Assembly (NCBI GenBank): GCA_032718475.1
Contig: JAUCBJ010006622.1
Coordinates: forward strand, 19,522 to 83,521
DNA from: Nemertoderma westbladi
Lineage: Eukaryota; Animalia; Xenacoelomorpha
Direction of reading: 5' to 3'
DNA: 64,000 nucleotides
The position numbers were made by a program, and so were the translations under genes. The notes under the pieces were generated by a model. That model had not been told where the DNA came from, made no database searches, and worked only from the letters and a program-made list of their open reading frames with translations. The number at the start of each line of letters is the position of its first letter. Within the stretch, counting starts at the first letter, position 1. This document shows, piece by piece, positions 1 to 11,546 of the stretch.

Positions 1-338
1 AAACGCTGGTGGCACCAGTACTGCCGGTAGAAACAATGCAAGAGGGCCGAATAAACGCACCCGCCCATTGTTGGTTTTGTTACCTGACCGATCGGTGAGG
101 AATAAAATCCTGTCGGCGTCCAAAATCCTTAAAGATATCGCTGAGTACCAACGCGTGTGTAAAGCCGGATGTCCATCCACTGATTAGGCGTGAAGAAGAG
201 AGACTACGTCGATTCGCAAAGGATGAGAAACTTAAACCTGAAAATGCGGGAGTAACAATCCGTTATGATTACAGACGCCGTGTTGTTCTCCGAGGGGAGA
301 CGATAATTGATACATTTAAAATGTATAACTCTTTATAG
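1..338 (+). pseudogene. C-terminal part of LINE ORF1
   Basis: Translates to RPLLVLLPDRSVRNKIL...KPDVHPLIRREEERLR...RRVVLRGETIIDTF, typical of LINE ORF1 C-termini; one frameshift near 160; TAG at 336-338. Confidence 0.6.
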
Positions 339-3300
339 GATCACGCTGCACAAAGCTCATCCCATATTCTGTCATTCTGCTCATGGAATATATGTGGTTT
401 ACGAGATAAACTTTTAGAACCACAGTTTTTAGCGTTTGTACATAAATACGATGTAGTATTTCTATCAGAGATAAAAACTGCGAAACCCTTACATGTTCCT
501 GGTTTTGTATCGTTTATTAATGGATCGCAAAGCAGCCATCGAGGTGGAGTTTTGGCGCTCGTGAAAAATGCGTTGTCTAGTAGTATATTGAGTGTTGATT
601 CCACGAAAAATGGACAGTTGTGGCTATGTTTCAAATTCGCGTCTGACTTGATAATTGGTACAGCGTATATCCCACCATCAGATTCTCGCTACTTCTCTAA
701 TGATTTATTCGGAAATTTACATGCTGTATTTAAACAGAACAAGAAAGTGGTTGTGATTGGAGATCTAAATTCCAGAGTTGGAACCCCAGTATATGGTAAT
801 CCTTATGACCTACAAAGATCCAAATATGAATATGATGGTGTAGAGGATAATTCAATAAATGGTCATGGTGAACGCCTCCTACGTATCTGTACAGATTCTG
901 GATGTGTTATTGCCAACCATTTAGTTACTATGGAAAATGGTACACTCGGAGGTGGTTTATCGTACAGAAAAGGTAAACAGTGGATTAGCGAAGTCGATGT
1001 TTGTGTCGTATCCGATGAGTTGATAAATAATATCCACTCAATTACCGGTGATAGGGACCAATCAGGTTCTGATCATGCGCCGTTGGTCGTTAAAGTGGTT
1101 ATACCCAACAACAATGGGGTATCGATGGACGAGAATTTAATAGAAAGGGCTAACAACCTGGGTATTACATGGACTCTAGCAAATAGCAACTCACAACAGC
1201 TAAATGCAGTGTTCAAGAGCCAGTCTCATAAACAGACTGATATTCCACGTTTCGTTGACCTTATGACAAATATACAGCCACCATTTTTATCCAATGAGGG
1301 TTTATCAACCGAAATTATTCAAAAGACGCTCGATATGGCGAACTCAATGATAAATGAAACAGCAAAGTCGTGTAAATCCCATGAAAGTGACGATGCGGAA
1401 GACGTAGAAAATCCAAATACAAATCAGCAACGTTGGGCTAAACTTCTAGCAACGAATAATGCCAAATCTATCTGGCATGCTATCAACTGGAAAGGTGATA
1501 TTGATGGTGGTAAAGTGGTTGATCAGCCAGCACCTTCAGATGAGAACTTTAAAACCCACTTTGAGGCGCTATTAAATCCCGATACGGTAGACGAATTGAA
1601 TATAGACCCGGAATGGAATAACGCTCCTTATGTACCAATTCTAGACCAACAATTTTCTGAAAGGGAACTGGCCGATGTTCTTAGTGATGTTAAGGTTGAG
1701 AAAAGCTACATAGGTATAGCATTAGGTTTATTTTTGGCGTTGCCAGGCAACTGGATGTTATTCTTTCTAACTGTGTTTAATTTAGTTTTGTCATTAGGTT
1801 TATACCCAATGTCATGGTGTATTAGTAAGCTGATTGTGATATTTAAATCTGGTAGGAGGTCAGTATGTACAAATTATCGAGGGATATCCATTATGGAATC
1901 CGTGGCCAAAATTTATGATATGTTGTTAGCAGCTAGGCTTACTATTTGGTGCAACATTAGTAACTGCCAAGCAGGTGGTAGAAAGGGGAGAAGTTGTATT
2001 GAACAAATGTTTGCAGTAAGGTTACTCATAGACTACGCTAAATTTAAAAAACTAAAATTATTTATTTTGTTTGTGGATTTTTCCAAAGCGTATGATAAGG
2101 TGCCAAGGATGAAACTTTTAGACAGATTAAGGAAGGCAGGCTGTGGAAGAATTATGTTGTTAGCAATATTTTCAATTTATAAATGTACAAAAAGTATTTT
2201 AAAGTCAGCTGTAGTTATTACAGCAACTGGTGTACGCCAGGGTGCATCTACGAGTGTTGTGCTTTTTTGTTTTTATATAGACACGTTGGTCAAAATGGTA
2301 ATGTCATCAGTTTCATCTGATGGTTTTTTGGGTTTATTACATATAATGTTATTGATGGATGATACAATTATTTTGTCCACAAACCGCGACTTGTTATTAT
2401 GTAAACTACGTGCTTTAATTTCCTTTTGCAATGATACTGGGATGGTACTTAATTTGAAAAAAACAAAGTTTTTTGTAATAAATGGTACGACAAGTGACAA
2501 AGTACCATTACATGTTGATGATATTATTGTAAAACATTGTGTAGAGTACATATATTTAGGCTCCATTTTTACTGAAGACGGTAAATTTAATACCGTATTT
2601 AATTTACATAAAATTAAATGCGAACAAGTTGTTAATAAATTTTCTATATTTTGTGCTAAAAATACAGCGTTACCATTTGTACTAAAGAAACAAGTTTTTG
2701 AGGCTGGGGTTGCTTCTGTGCTACTATATGGGTGCGAAGGTTGGCTAACAACCAACATTCGAGCTTTAGAGATATTTTATGGTCGGATGGTTAAAACTCT
2801 CCTAGGAGTTAGAGAGCAGACACCAACCAATCTTTGTCTCATTGAAGCAGGCATGCCAGCTATAGAAACTCGTATTTTACGGTGCCGTAAACGATTTTTG
2901 TTGAAGGCAGCAGAATCTTTACCTGCAGATTGCCCTTTTCAGTTAGCTTTAAACTTATGTAAAGGTGCTGACACACCTGGTTCTAGAATGATAAAAGATG
3001 CATTATGTTGGCATGAACCTGGTGTATTTAATAGTAATATTGTTAATAATGTTTGTAATAAACCAGAAACTGCAACCAAATTTTTCACTTATAGAACAAT
3101 TTTAAATCCATCGTTATCGTGTCATCCTATTTATAATTTGAAATCTCCTCTGGTGCCTGATTATTTACGCTTATCCTTTTCAAGATGTCGGTTGATGTCT
3201 CATAACTTGCTGATTGAGAAAGGTAGATGGCAGCGCATACCCCGCGAAAGCAGGGTTTGTAGCTGTGATAATGTGTCTATCCAAGATGAGACACATGTAT

Positions 3301-3455
3301 TACTCAATTGCAGGTTAACGGCAACCATCCGAGATTGTTTCCCAAATATTAATTTCGCAACGTTTGGTAATATAAATGAGCTTTTTGATATAAACTTAAC
3401 AGAAATCTACTCAGTATGTAAATACATAGATTTAGTACTAGCATTGTATAAGTAA
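339..3455 (+). CDS. LINE ORF2: AP endonuclease + reverse transcriptase + C-terminal Cys/His motif
   Basis: Frame is open from 339; APE motifs SWNICGL (381), FLSEIK, YIPP, GDLNSR, SDHAP; RT motifs NYRGISI, FVDFSKAYD, GVRQG, LMDDT; C-terminal SHNLLIEKGRW...CSC...EThvLLNC. Confidence 0.9.
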   Translation, partial: DHAAQSSSHILSFCSWNICGLRDKLLEPQFLAFVHKYDVVFLSEIKTAKPLHVPGFVSFINGSQSSHRGGVLALVKNALSSSILSVDSTKNGQLWLCFKFASDLIIGTAYIPPSDSRYFSNDLFGNLHAVFKQNKKVVVIGDLNSRVGTPVYGNPYDLQRSKYEYDGVEDNSINGHGERLLRICTDSGCVIANHLVTMENGTLGGGLSYRKGKQWISEVDVCVVSDELINNIHSITGDRDQSGSDHAPLVVKVVIPNNNGVSMDENLIERANNLGITWTLANSNSQQLNAVFKSQSHKQTDIPRFVDLMTNIQPPFLSNEGLSTEIIQKTLDMANSMINETAKSCKSHESDDAEDVENPNTNQQRWAKLLATNNAKSIWHAINWKGDIDGGKVVDQPAPSDENFKTHFEALLNPDTVDELNIDPEWNNAPYVPILDQQFSERELADVLSDVKVEKSYIGIALGLFLALPGNWMLFFLTVFNLVLSLGLYPMSWCISKLIVIFKSGRRSVCTNYRGISIMESVAKIYDMLLAARLTIWCNISNCQAGGRKGRSCIEQMFAVRLLIDYAKFKKLKLFILFVDFSKAYDKVPRMKLLDRLRKAGCGRIMLLAIFSIYKCTKSILKSAVVITATGVRQGASTSVVLFCFYIDTLVKMVMSSVSSDGFLGLLHIMLLMDDTIILSTNRDLLLCKLRALISFCNDTGMVLNLKKTKFFVINGTTSDKVPLHVDDIIVKHCVEYIYLGSIFTEDGKFNTVFNLHKIKCEQVVNKFSIFCAKNTALPFVLKKQVFEAGVASVLLYGCEGWLTTNIRALEIFYGRMVKTLLGVREQTPTNLCLIEAGMPAIETRILRCRKRFLLKAAESLPADCPFQLALNLCKGADTPGSRMIKDALCWHEPGVFNSNIVNNVCNKPETATKFFTYRTILNPSLSCHPIYNLKSPLVPDYLRLSFSRCRLMSHNLLIEKGRWQRIPRESRVCSCDNVSIQDETHVLLNCRLTATIRDCFPNINFATFGNINELFDINLTEIYSVCKYIDLVLALYK

Positions 3456-3615
3456 ATTTAATAATTATTTAATTTATTAGGTTCGTGAGATTATAGAGTA
3501 ATATTTTGATTATATCTGGACAGTTATTTTTTTTTTGTTTTTGTGATTTCGTGTGTAGTTCAAGTTTTGTGCACTATATAAATCATTAATTGTCAATAAA
3601 TTCTATCTATCTATC

Positions 3616-3849
3616 TATATCAAATGAAGCCATTCCTCTCCTGATAGCCTGAAGACTTATGTAATATTCGCCTGCCCTAGCTCTATCTGTCAATTGGAAT
3701 ACTGTACCATCAGTTCGGAGCCCAGACAAATGTTGCCGCAAAGGTTGACAGGTTGACGTGGTTTATACAATATAGGTGGACTTGATTCTTTTGTTAGTTA
3801 TTCTATATGACTGGCAACTGGAGACTCTAAAGTTGGAACCACCACCTAC
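3616..3849. repeat. 234-bp dispersed repeat, inverted copy at 55546-55779
   Basis: Near-identical reverse complement (atcaaatgaagccattcctctcctgatagcc...ggaaccaccacctac). Confidence 0.85.
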
Positions 3850-4384
3850 TGCAGTATACAATAATACATCAATTAAAGTTCAATATGATAATGTGCTTTA
3901 AACTTATATGTAAAGATCTAAACCTGATCCTCCATTACAACAATGTGCAACATAATATCCCAGCCAGACATCCAATGCAATTATGACCTGGCCATATATA
4001 TAAAATTATGAAGCAAAGGCCAAGCCCCGCCCAGCTGCCCATGCTGCCATGTCTGGGTTTGCATGTTCCATACATCACCTCTTCATTATCAGGGTCATTA
4101 ACATATGGAACATGCTGGACCTGGAACACAGTAGAAACATCATCATCTCATCACTAATCGCTAGTCTTTTAAACAGTCTTTAGACTCTGCTTTCTTATCA
4201 AGACATCTGAAATGTTTTAGAAATCTAAATGACTGTTTGTTTATAGGCCTACTATACATACATACATCCTTATAAATTGACCTTATAAGGAACCAGAATC
4301 ATTTATAACTTGGGCAAAAAGTGCTTTCAATGAAATTTTAGAAATTCGACCAAAAATATTTTGGCACTTGTGTCAAATCAAATA

Positions 4385-4608
4385 GGTGACCCTCCTAATC
4401 TGCTGATCTGCTAATCCTGAAATCACCAGCTAAAATGCTGAAATTTAGTGCAGGTGATATCAATATTCCTAACTTGTATTGTTTTTTGGTTACTTTCAAC
4501 TCACCTCTGTAACCTGCTCCTTTGCTAACCCTGTAACCGAACACTAGTAAAAGTGACTTTAGTTTTGGTGATTTCAGGATTAGCAGAATAGGAGCTAGGA
4601 GGGTCTCC
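4385..4608. mobile_element. MITE with GG(T/A)GACCCTCCTA termini and TA TSD
   Basis: ta|ggtgaccctccta ... taggagggtctcc|ta; inner inverted arms ctgctaatcctgaaatcacca / tggtgatttcaggattagcag. Confidence 0.65.
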
Positions 4609-5285
4609 TACAGCCCTATTTGACACAAGTGCCAATGTTTTATTTTACTTTTTTTACCGGGAGAAAAAGTAAAATCAATGCAAAAGTATGGCTCTATGGT
4701 GCATTATTATGTGGCAATATTATTCAATATTATTGCAGGTTGCTGTGTTGCCGACTTTGCAAAAGCTGTGCCCAACAAAAAGTTACAATATTCAGATATT
4801 ATGGGGACAACTTTTTCCCTGCTAGTGGGGAAAAAAAGTAGGCCTACTACTTTTAGGGCATATTCAAGCAAAAAAGTAACAATATAAAAATATAAGTTCT
4901 TTAAGCTCTGTACTTCGTTTTATATGTCTACCATCTGATCAGCCACCCCACTGCACCCCTACCAGTAGCCTTTTTAAGTATAAGCCTTTTTAAACTAATA
5001 CTGAATATGTTTTAAATATTATATTTCACACACTCAGACACTACCCTAGGCCTACATCAGTTTATTTTTTTACCTTTGCAATACAGTAACAAGCTAACAA
5101 CTACTGAACTAGGGCAACTATGACTTCTGTCTGTATCTGACTATGCTGCTATGAAATTCAAATTTGGGGTATAACTCAAATTTAGAGAATTAACCTAACC
5201 TTGTATTAAATTTGAGGTAATTCCAAAATTGGGTCTATAATTTGAAATTTGAGGTATTCTCAAATTAGATGATCTCCCTGACTGT

Positions 5286-5920
5286 CTGTAACCTGTCCCT
5301 TTCCCTCAATTAGTTAAATGATCGTTTATTGTTTTGGTTAGAAAAACCCGCCTCTGTAACCTGCCCCATTCCCCCAATTAGTTAAATGATCATTTATTGT
5401 TTTGGTTAGAAAATCCCGCCTCTGTAACCTGCTCCTTTCCCTGAATTGGTAAAGTGACATTTTATTGTTTTGGTTAGAAAGGCCCGCCTCTGTAACCTGC
5501 CCCTTTTCCTCAATTAGTTAAATGATCGTTTATTTGTTTTGGTTAGAAAATCCCGCCTCTGTAACCTGCTCCTTTCCCTCAATTAGTTAAGTGATCGTTT
5601 ATTGTTTTGGTTAGAAAATTCCGCCTCTGTAACCTGTCCCTTTCCCTCAATTAGTTAAATGATCGTTTATTGTTTTGGTTAGAAAATCACGCCTCTGTAA
5701 CCTGCTCCTTTCCCTCAATAAGTTAAGTGATCGTTTATTGTTTTGGTTAGAAAATCCCGCCTCTGTAACCTGCTCCTTTCCCTCAATTAGTTAAGTGATC
5801 GTTTATTGTTTTGGTTAGAAAATCCCGTCTCTGTAACCTGCTCCTTTCCCTGATTTGGTAAAGTGACTGTTTATTGTTTTGGTTAGAAAACTCGGCCTTA
5901 ACCTGCTCCTTTCCATCAAT
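5286..5920. repeat. ~59-60 bp satellite array (~10 units)
   Basis: Unit cctctgtaacctgctcctttccctcaattagttaaatgatcgtttattgttttggttagaaaatcccg repeated head-to-tail. Confidence 0.95.
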
Positions 5921-6592
5921 TGGTAATTGTTTTTGGCTATAAAATGAGTGTTTTGCTACGTCATGTGGTAATCGATTATCGACAACAACCACAAACGATT
6001 AAATATAGAGTCTTTTTACCACAGGCGCATATGGAAATCTATCTCATAGTCTATAAATCATGGAATCATGGAATGTTTTGGCACAGGCATAGTGAAATCA
6101 ACTGTCTGACAGTCCAGAAATCAGCAGTCTGACAGTTTGAAGAAATACATACATAAAAAGTCATTAAAAGGACAATAAAAGGCATTAAAAGGACAACAAA
6201 AGTCATTATGCATAATTCGTAAAAAAAAGGACAAAAAAAGTCAAATAAAGGACATAAAAAATCACTGCCAATTGCTAATACTGTAATACAACAGTAATAG
6301 TCTGATAGTGTTGTGGTAATAGGCCAATAATGGAAATGATCTACTATGCTACTCTGTACTTCAGTAACTGTACTGTACTTCCTGACTTCAGACATACAGT
6401 AGTTCTTCTGATTCTGACTCTAACAGTCTAACTAACAGACTAAACGAAAGACTAGGCTATACCGTCACTCCTAACAGCCTAAGTCTATTCAGCTATTGAG
6501 CTCAATTTTAAAGTTCAGATCAGACTGTGTCTGCCAACTAGGCCTACTAGGGTATAACTTTTCGCCATATCCGTTCCGTATCCGTTCCGTCA

Positions 6593-7630
6593 CCTAAAAG
6601 GTGCCACCCTGCTCCATAGCGCGGGAAATTCAAATGATTGAAAGACATGTTATTTGTACTGGAAAGGGTGGCAGATCAGATCTGCCACCTATTTATTGGC
6701 GGTAAATTCAAATCTGTTTTAACATTGAATACATGAATAGAGTAAGACTAATGTAATGTAATGTAGGTAACTGGCTGGTTACCTAGTCTGGGACTTCGAG
6801 TAGCACGTGAACAACTAAACCAGCACGTTAACTAGTCCGGGGCTTCGAGCAGCACGTAAATAACTAAGCTGACTGGTTAACTTGTCTGGTACATGTCTGG
6901 GAGTGGGCTTGGACAGATATAGCAGTATAGGCAGAGGCATTATACACCTATTTGTTATTACAGTAGGCCTACCTGCGATATATTTTACTATCAGTTCCCT
7001 GCTATATTGTTATAATTATAATGTTCTGATGTAATTATAACTGATACAAGCAAATAATAAATGTTCTTTACATTTTACTGATAGAAGTTAGGCCAAATCC
7101 CCCCACTCCCCCCCCCCCCCTCCTCAATTTGCAATTTTGCTCGAAGTCCCAAACTAGTTAACCAGTCAGCTTAGTTGTTCACGAGCTACTGGAAGTCCCA
7201 GAGGCTAGTTAACCAGTCAGCTTAATTGTTCATGTGCTGCTCGAAATCCCAGACTTGTTAGCCAGTCAGCTTAGTTGTTCACGTGCTACTGGAAGTGCCA
7301 GACTAGTTAATGTGCTGGTGTAGTTGTTCATGTGCTGCTCTATGCCCCAGACTAGTTAACGTCAGGTTTAGTTGTTCACGTGCTGCTCGAAGTCCCAGAA
7401 TATTTAAAACTAAAACAACAACAATAACGGATGAGTGAGTTAAACCGATAAGAAATAATTTATTCTGATTCAATGAATACATTAGTCTTACTCTATTCAT
7501 GTATTCAATGTTAAAGCAGATTTGAATTTACCGCCAAAATATAGGTGGCAGATCTGATCGGCCACCCTTTCCAATACAAATTACATGTCTTTCAATCATT
7601 TGAATTTCCCGCGCTATGGAGCCTTTTAGG
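6593..7630. mobile_element. Foldback/MITE element with long TIRs and internal ~49-bp subrepeats
   Basis: gctccatagcgcgggaaattcaaatgattgaaagacatg... at 6611 is inverted at ~7480-7622; cctaaaagg/ccttttagg outer ends; actagttaaccagtcagcttagttgttcacgtgc units in opposite orientation on the two arms. Confidence 0.8.
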
Positions 7631-7634
7631 GACT

Positions 7635-10492
7635 TGTTACGCACGCGTATTGTTACAACTGTATTATAACTTGCGCACCACCTAGCGGCCAGTATCGGTC
7701 TAACAATTACAATACATTAACTTTCATTTACTGGTAGATGGCTCATTCAATTACATAGTATAAAAGTAGCCAGAAGTTCTTATAACCGGTTGGTACCGGG
7801 AGAGAATATTAAGATTATTATTAATTATCTTTAGAACACATAATAATTATTATGTACACATTTTAATTAAATTATAAAATACTGATTATTGATTACCAAT
7901 GAAACTGAAAACCTTTTTCATTTTATATATTATCTCTATTATTCTACGGCGCGCCCTCACCCACACTCTATCCGTACCCGTCGCAGTCACTTCAGCAGTC
8001 TCCTGGAGTGATCTGACATGGAGATCAAAACCGAGATCGAGATGAACACGGAAACTGAGATGAACTCATAGATCGACACCGAGGTCGAAATCGAGAGAAA
8101 ATCAATCTGATAACGACACTGGCCGCACATCCGAGAACACGCTATTTACAGTATACGATAAAAGACTTTCTCACAATGGCTTACGGAGGATTAGAAGAAG
8201 ATCTGTTAGTAGGAGACACAAATACCTCAACTGTATAGTTTAGAGAACAACCTATTACTGGTGAGCTTCTAGGTCGTAGACTATTCTCTGATACAGGTAT
8301 ACAGTGTACATGCAAATTCTATAGTAAATATAATTAATGATAACAATAATACTCACATATTCGTAAAACCAAGTAAATATAGTGGTGAGAAAACTCTCCC
8401 AGGGGATACTGATGTACCACCCGTGGACGTATGGTTAGGAAGTTTTGAGCGGGACAATTGGTCGTTAGGTAAATGTACAACAGTTTTACCTGGATATTTA
8501 GAGGGAAAAGCGGGCAGATGGTACGACCAAATTATCGGGCGTTTGGAGTTACTTCCCTTTCCCTTCCAGGAACTTAAACAACAATAATCGTTGTTACGTT
8601 TTAGCCATGATGAGAGTCAAACTTATTCTTATACAATTTTTTCAGCTATGAAACAGGAAACGAATGAGAGTGTAGACGATTTTTATTTTATGAAAGACTT
8701 ATGCAAGTGGCAAAGCGTGCATTAAGTACTAGTAATAGTACTGTAGAGATATGCGAATTCGAGTGAGGGATAGATTTTTACATGGTTTACAGAAGGTAAT
8801 TTTATCTAGAGTGAGTGAGAAAGTCAAAGCAACGGATGACTTAGATTCTGTGGTTGCTATAGCGCGGCACATAGAGCAAAGTGTGAGGCTTGAAAACCCA
8901 AACTTATCCTTGCCACTGACTCGAGCAGATTTGGACCAGGTATTCAATCCCAATACAATAGTAAGCAGTTATAGAGAAAATAATAGAGATCAAGCTAAGG
9001 ATAGTAATTCCCAGTCTTTAACTCACCGACTTGCAAATTTAGAAACGGCTGTTGACAAACTTGTAACTGCACTAGACCGGCAACAGTAGGTCCCTTAGCA
9101 CAAAATAATAAGGCAACTATCGTTTGTGACATTTATTTTAAAGCTGGCCATAAAACTATCTATTGCTTTCGGCATCCAAACCGGCAAAATCAACATTTAT
9201 CTTAATATCCAGCACCGCCAAGATTTAATCGTTTTAATGGCCACAGTAGTAATCCAAGTTGGATAAACAGGGGACAAAGAAATTTTCAACACAGTAGAAC
9301 TTGGCGACAACAAAATTACAACGGCCATCCGCAGCAACACCAGCTTTATAATAGTTTTCACCTGTTGATTCAGTATTGAGTATTATCAATCTGAATCTAG
9401 ACCTTATTATAACAGAAATACCGATAGTAATATATCAAACCAAAATAATGGTAATAGGAATTATACAGTACACACCAATGATAATGCAATAAGAAACACA
9501 GCTCCAATACATAATCAAAATACATCAACAGTTGGTAATCCTACATTTTTCCCAAGCAACAGACATCCCCCACCGTCATCTTTCAATAATAAGACTGTAA
9601 TAGTGAATTTTACAGAAACACCCCCTCATGATATGTTCCTTGACGTAATTTTATAGGGCCGTTATATTGAGTCAGGTGTCGTAGATACAGGCGCCCAAAC
9701 TACTATGATTAGCGAACGATTGTTGAATAAAGTACAACCGGGTACAGTAATTGAACCAATTGGAATATATCTACGGGATTTTTGCGGGAACGACCATCCT
9801 TATTTTAGGTGCCGTTTGGTTAAACATTGAAGCAGGAGGGCGTACAGCGTTGGTTCGTGCTTTAGTTGCCAAAGCGTTAGAATGTAATTCTGGAATTATT
9901 TTGGGCTTGAGTGTAAGCGGATTCAATTCCGCCTCATTACCCTCATAAAATGGGATCGTGGCATTTTCAGCAATATGTTGGAGATATGAGATTAGCAATA
10001 ATTAATCTCGTATCACAACCAACATTGGGGGACAGTACAAACCCCGAAGCCACACACAAACGAAGGTTAGAGGTCAAACCACCTCGGAGGGGACACAGCT
10101 AGCAGGGGCTAGCAACAGAGGGGAAACACTCCCAGAGAGTGGAAGGGTGAGAAGTAGGTTGTTAGCCAATAGGGGCAAAGGAGAGCATCCACTAGGTAGC
10201 AGGCCAAGGTAGCATAGTAGTGAAGTAATCATATATTATCTCCTACATACCGGTTTGTCATTCAGTTTACCCAGTTACCAGTTTCAGTGCAGACCGGCAA
10301 CATTGTCTTACCGTCGACACCAAGTGCTGTTATATGCTGTCATCATATATTTTATCTTCTACATACTGTTTATTAACTGTGCTGTTATTATACTTATATA
10401 TTGGAACGCGATGAGCATCAAACTCAAACATTTTCTCCAACGGCCTTGGCCAAGTTACCTGATAACATCAGCCTACGGCGACGCGTACGAGC
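7635..10492 (+). mobile_element. Degenerate Ty3/Gypsy LTR retrotransposon (5' LTR remnant, PBS, gag-protease pseudogene)
   Basis: TGTTAC start, PBS at 7791, broken gag (QETNESVDDF..., RDRFLHGL), decayed zinc knuckle ~9120-9170, aspartic protease VVDTGAQTTMIS at ~9678; many stops; no RT seen. Confidence 0.7.
7791..7802 (+). other. Primer-binding site, probably tRNA-Leu(UAA)
   Basis: TGGTACCGGGAG just after the putative LTR end; complementary to a Leu(UAA)-type tRNA 3' end as recalled, not searched. Confidence 0.5.
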
Positions 10493-10498
10493 ATTAAC

Positions 10499-10883
10499 AG
10501 TAGTAGGCCATCTGTCACCATCAATATTGATTCGTGTCGATGCCTTCAACCAATCGTTGCCTATCGCCTACGCGTAGCCTAACCTCACGATGCCTGCCTT
10601 ACTCGATAGCTGTTACCAACCGTGAGTATTGATTCGTGTTGTTGCATCAACCAACCATCGCATATTCATCTTCGCGTAACCTAACTTCACGATGCATGGC
10701 TAGCCCCCACTACACTATTATATTATATCGATTGCCAACTCACCACCGCTAGCCACGCACGGCTACTCCTCGACGGCTGTCGCCAAATCAATCCAACCAA
10801 CCAAGCAGCCTACCAGTCCAACGCTATGATACGTGAAATTCCGCCACGTTCCAGCTACACGTATACGAACATTTCCATAGTTA
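10499..10883 (+). repeat. Polinton left TIR
   Basis: Reverse complement of ~32949-33324 plus terminal 33419-33427, with few mismatches. Confidence 0.93.
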
Positions 10884-11294
10884 CTCAACCTAACCTAACC
10901 AATCCCACAGCATCTGTGTCATATTGAAAGGCTACCACCACCACCACTAACATTATACTGCGCGTTTTTATTATAATAATTATTGATTATTATTACACAC
11001 AACCCTATGATTCATATTCTTTCACGTATTTCCTATCCACGCAATCAACCAGCCAGCTATTCATCCACGTTGCTCCCCATCTCTTTTCTTATTCGTTGAT
11101 GATTATGACACGTACCATCTCTTCTTCGTTGACTATGCCACATCGCAAATTCATATATATATAAGTGAATGTTTTTAATAAAATTCATCACTTGTAATCT
11201 TCATGGTAATATATTGATACCATATCTAATTTTTTTTGTTCTCACTCTGACATTGTGTTTTTTCCTTAATAATTTATACATTATCTTATTCGTT

Positions 11295-11454
11295 GTATAT
11301 ATAAGTGGTCAGAAATTCATACAAGATTGAAGATGATACTTAACTTATCTACATCGTTAAGTATCATCTTCTCTCTTGTGTGAGATACTTAATGATGTAG
11401 ATAAGTTAAGTATTATCTTTTGTCTTGTGTTAGTTTCTGACCACTTATATATAC
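11295..11454. repeat. 160-bp imperfect palindrome with TATATAAG at both outer ends
   Basis: gtatatataagtggtcagaaa...gatacttaacttatctacatc / gatgtagataagttaagtatt...tttctgaccacttatatatac. Confidence 0.8.
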
Positions 11455-11546
11455 CCAATTTTAGAGTGAGAACTATGGTGTCAATTTATTACAGCGATAC
11501 GGTTTAAAATTTATCACTTGTAATATTTTTCGTATTTATTATTATT

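Larger units (their letters stand above)
1..3618 (+). mobile_element. APE-type non-LTR retrotransposon (Proto2/RTEX-like), 5' end outside the window
   Basis: End of ORF1 (1-338), APE-RT ORF2 (339-3455), short 3' UTR with AATAAA (~3595) and (CTAT)n tail 3603-3618; clade assignment is tentative. Confidence 0.9.

Noticed and set aside
3935-4129. Possible host membrane-protein exon
   Set aside because: Short, no convincing splice sites or family motif; kept only as a weak note
5286-5920. CRISPR-like periodicity
   Set aside because: Units are contiguous with no unique spacers, there are no cas genes, and the context is eukaryotic; it is a satellite
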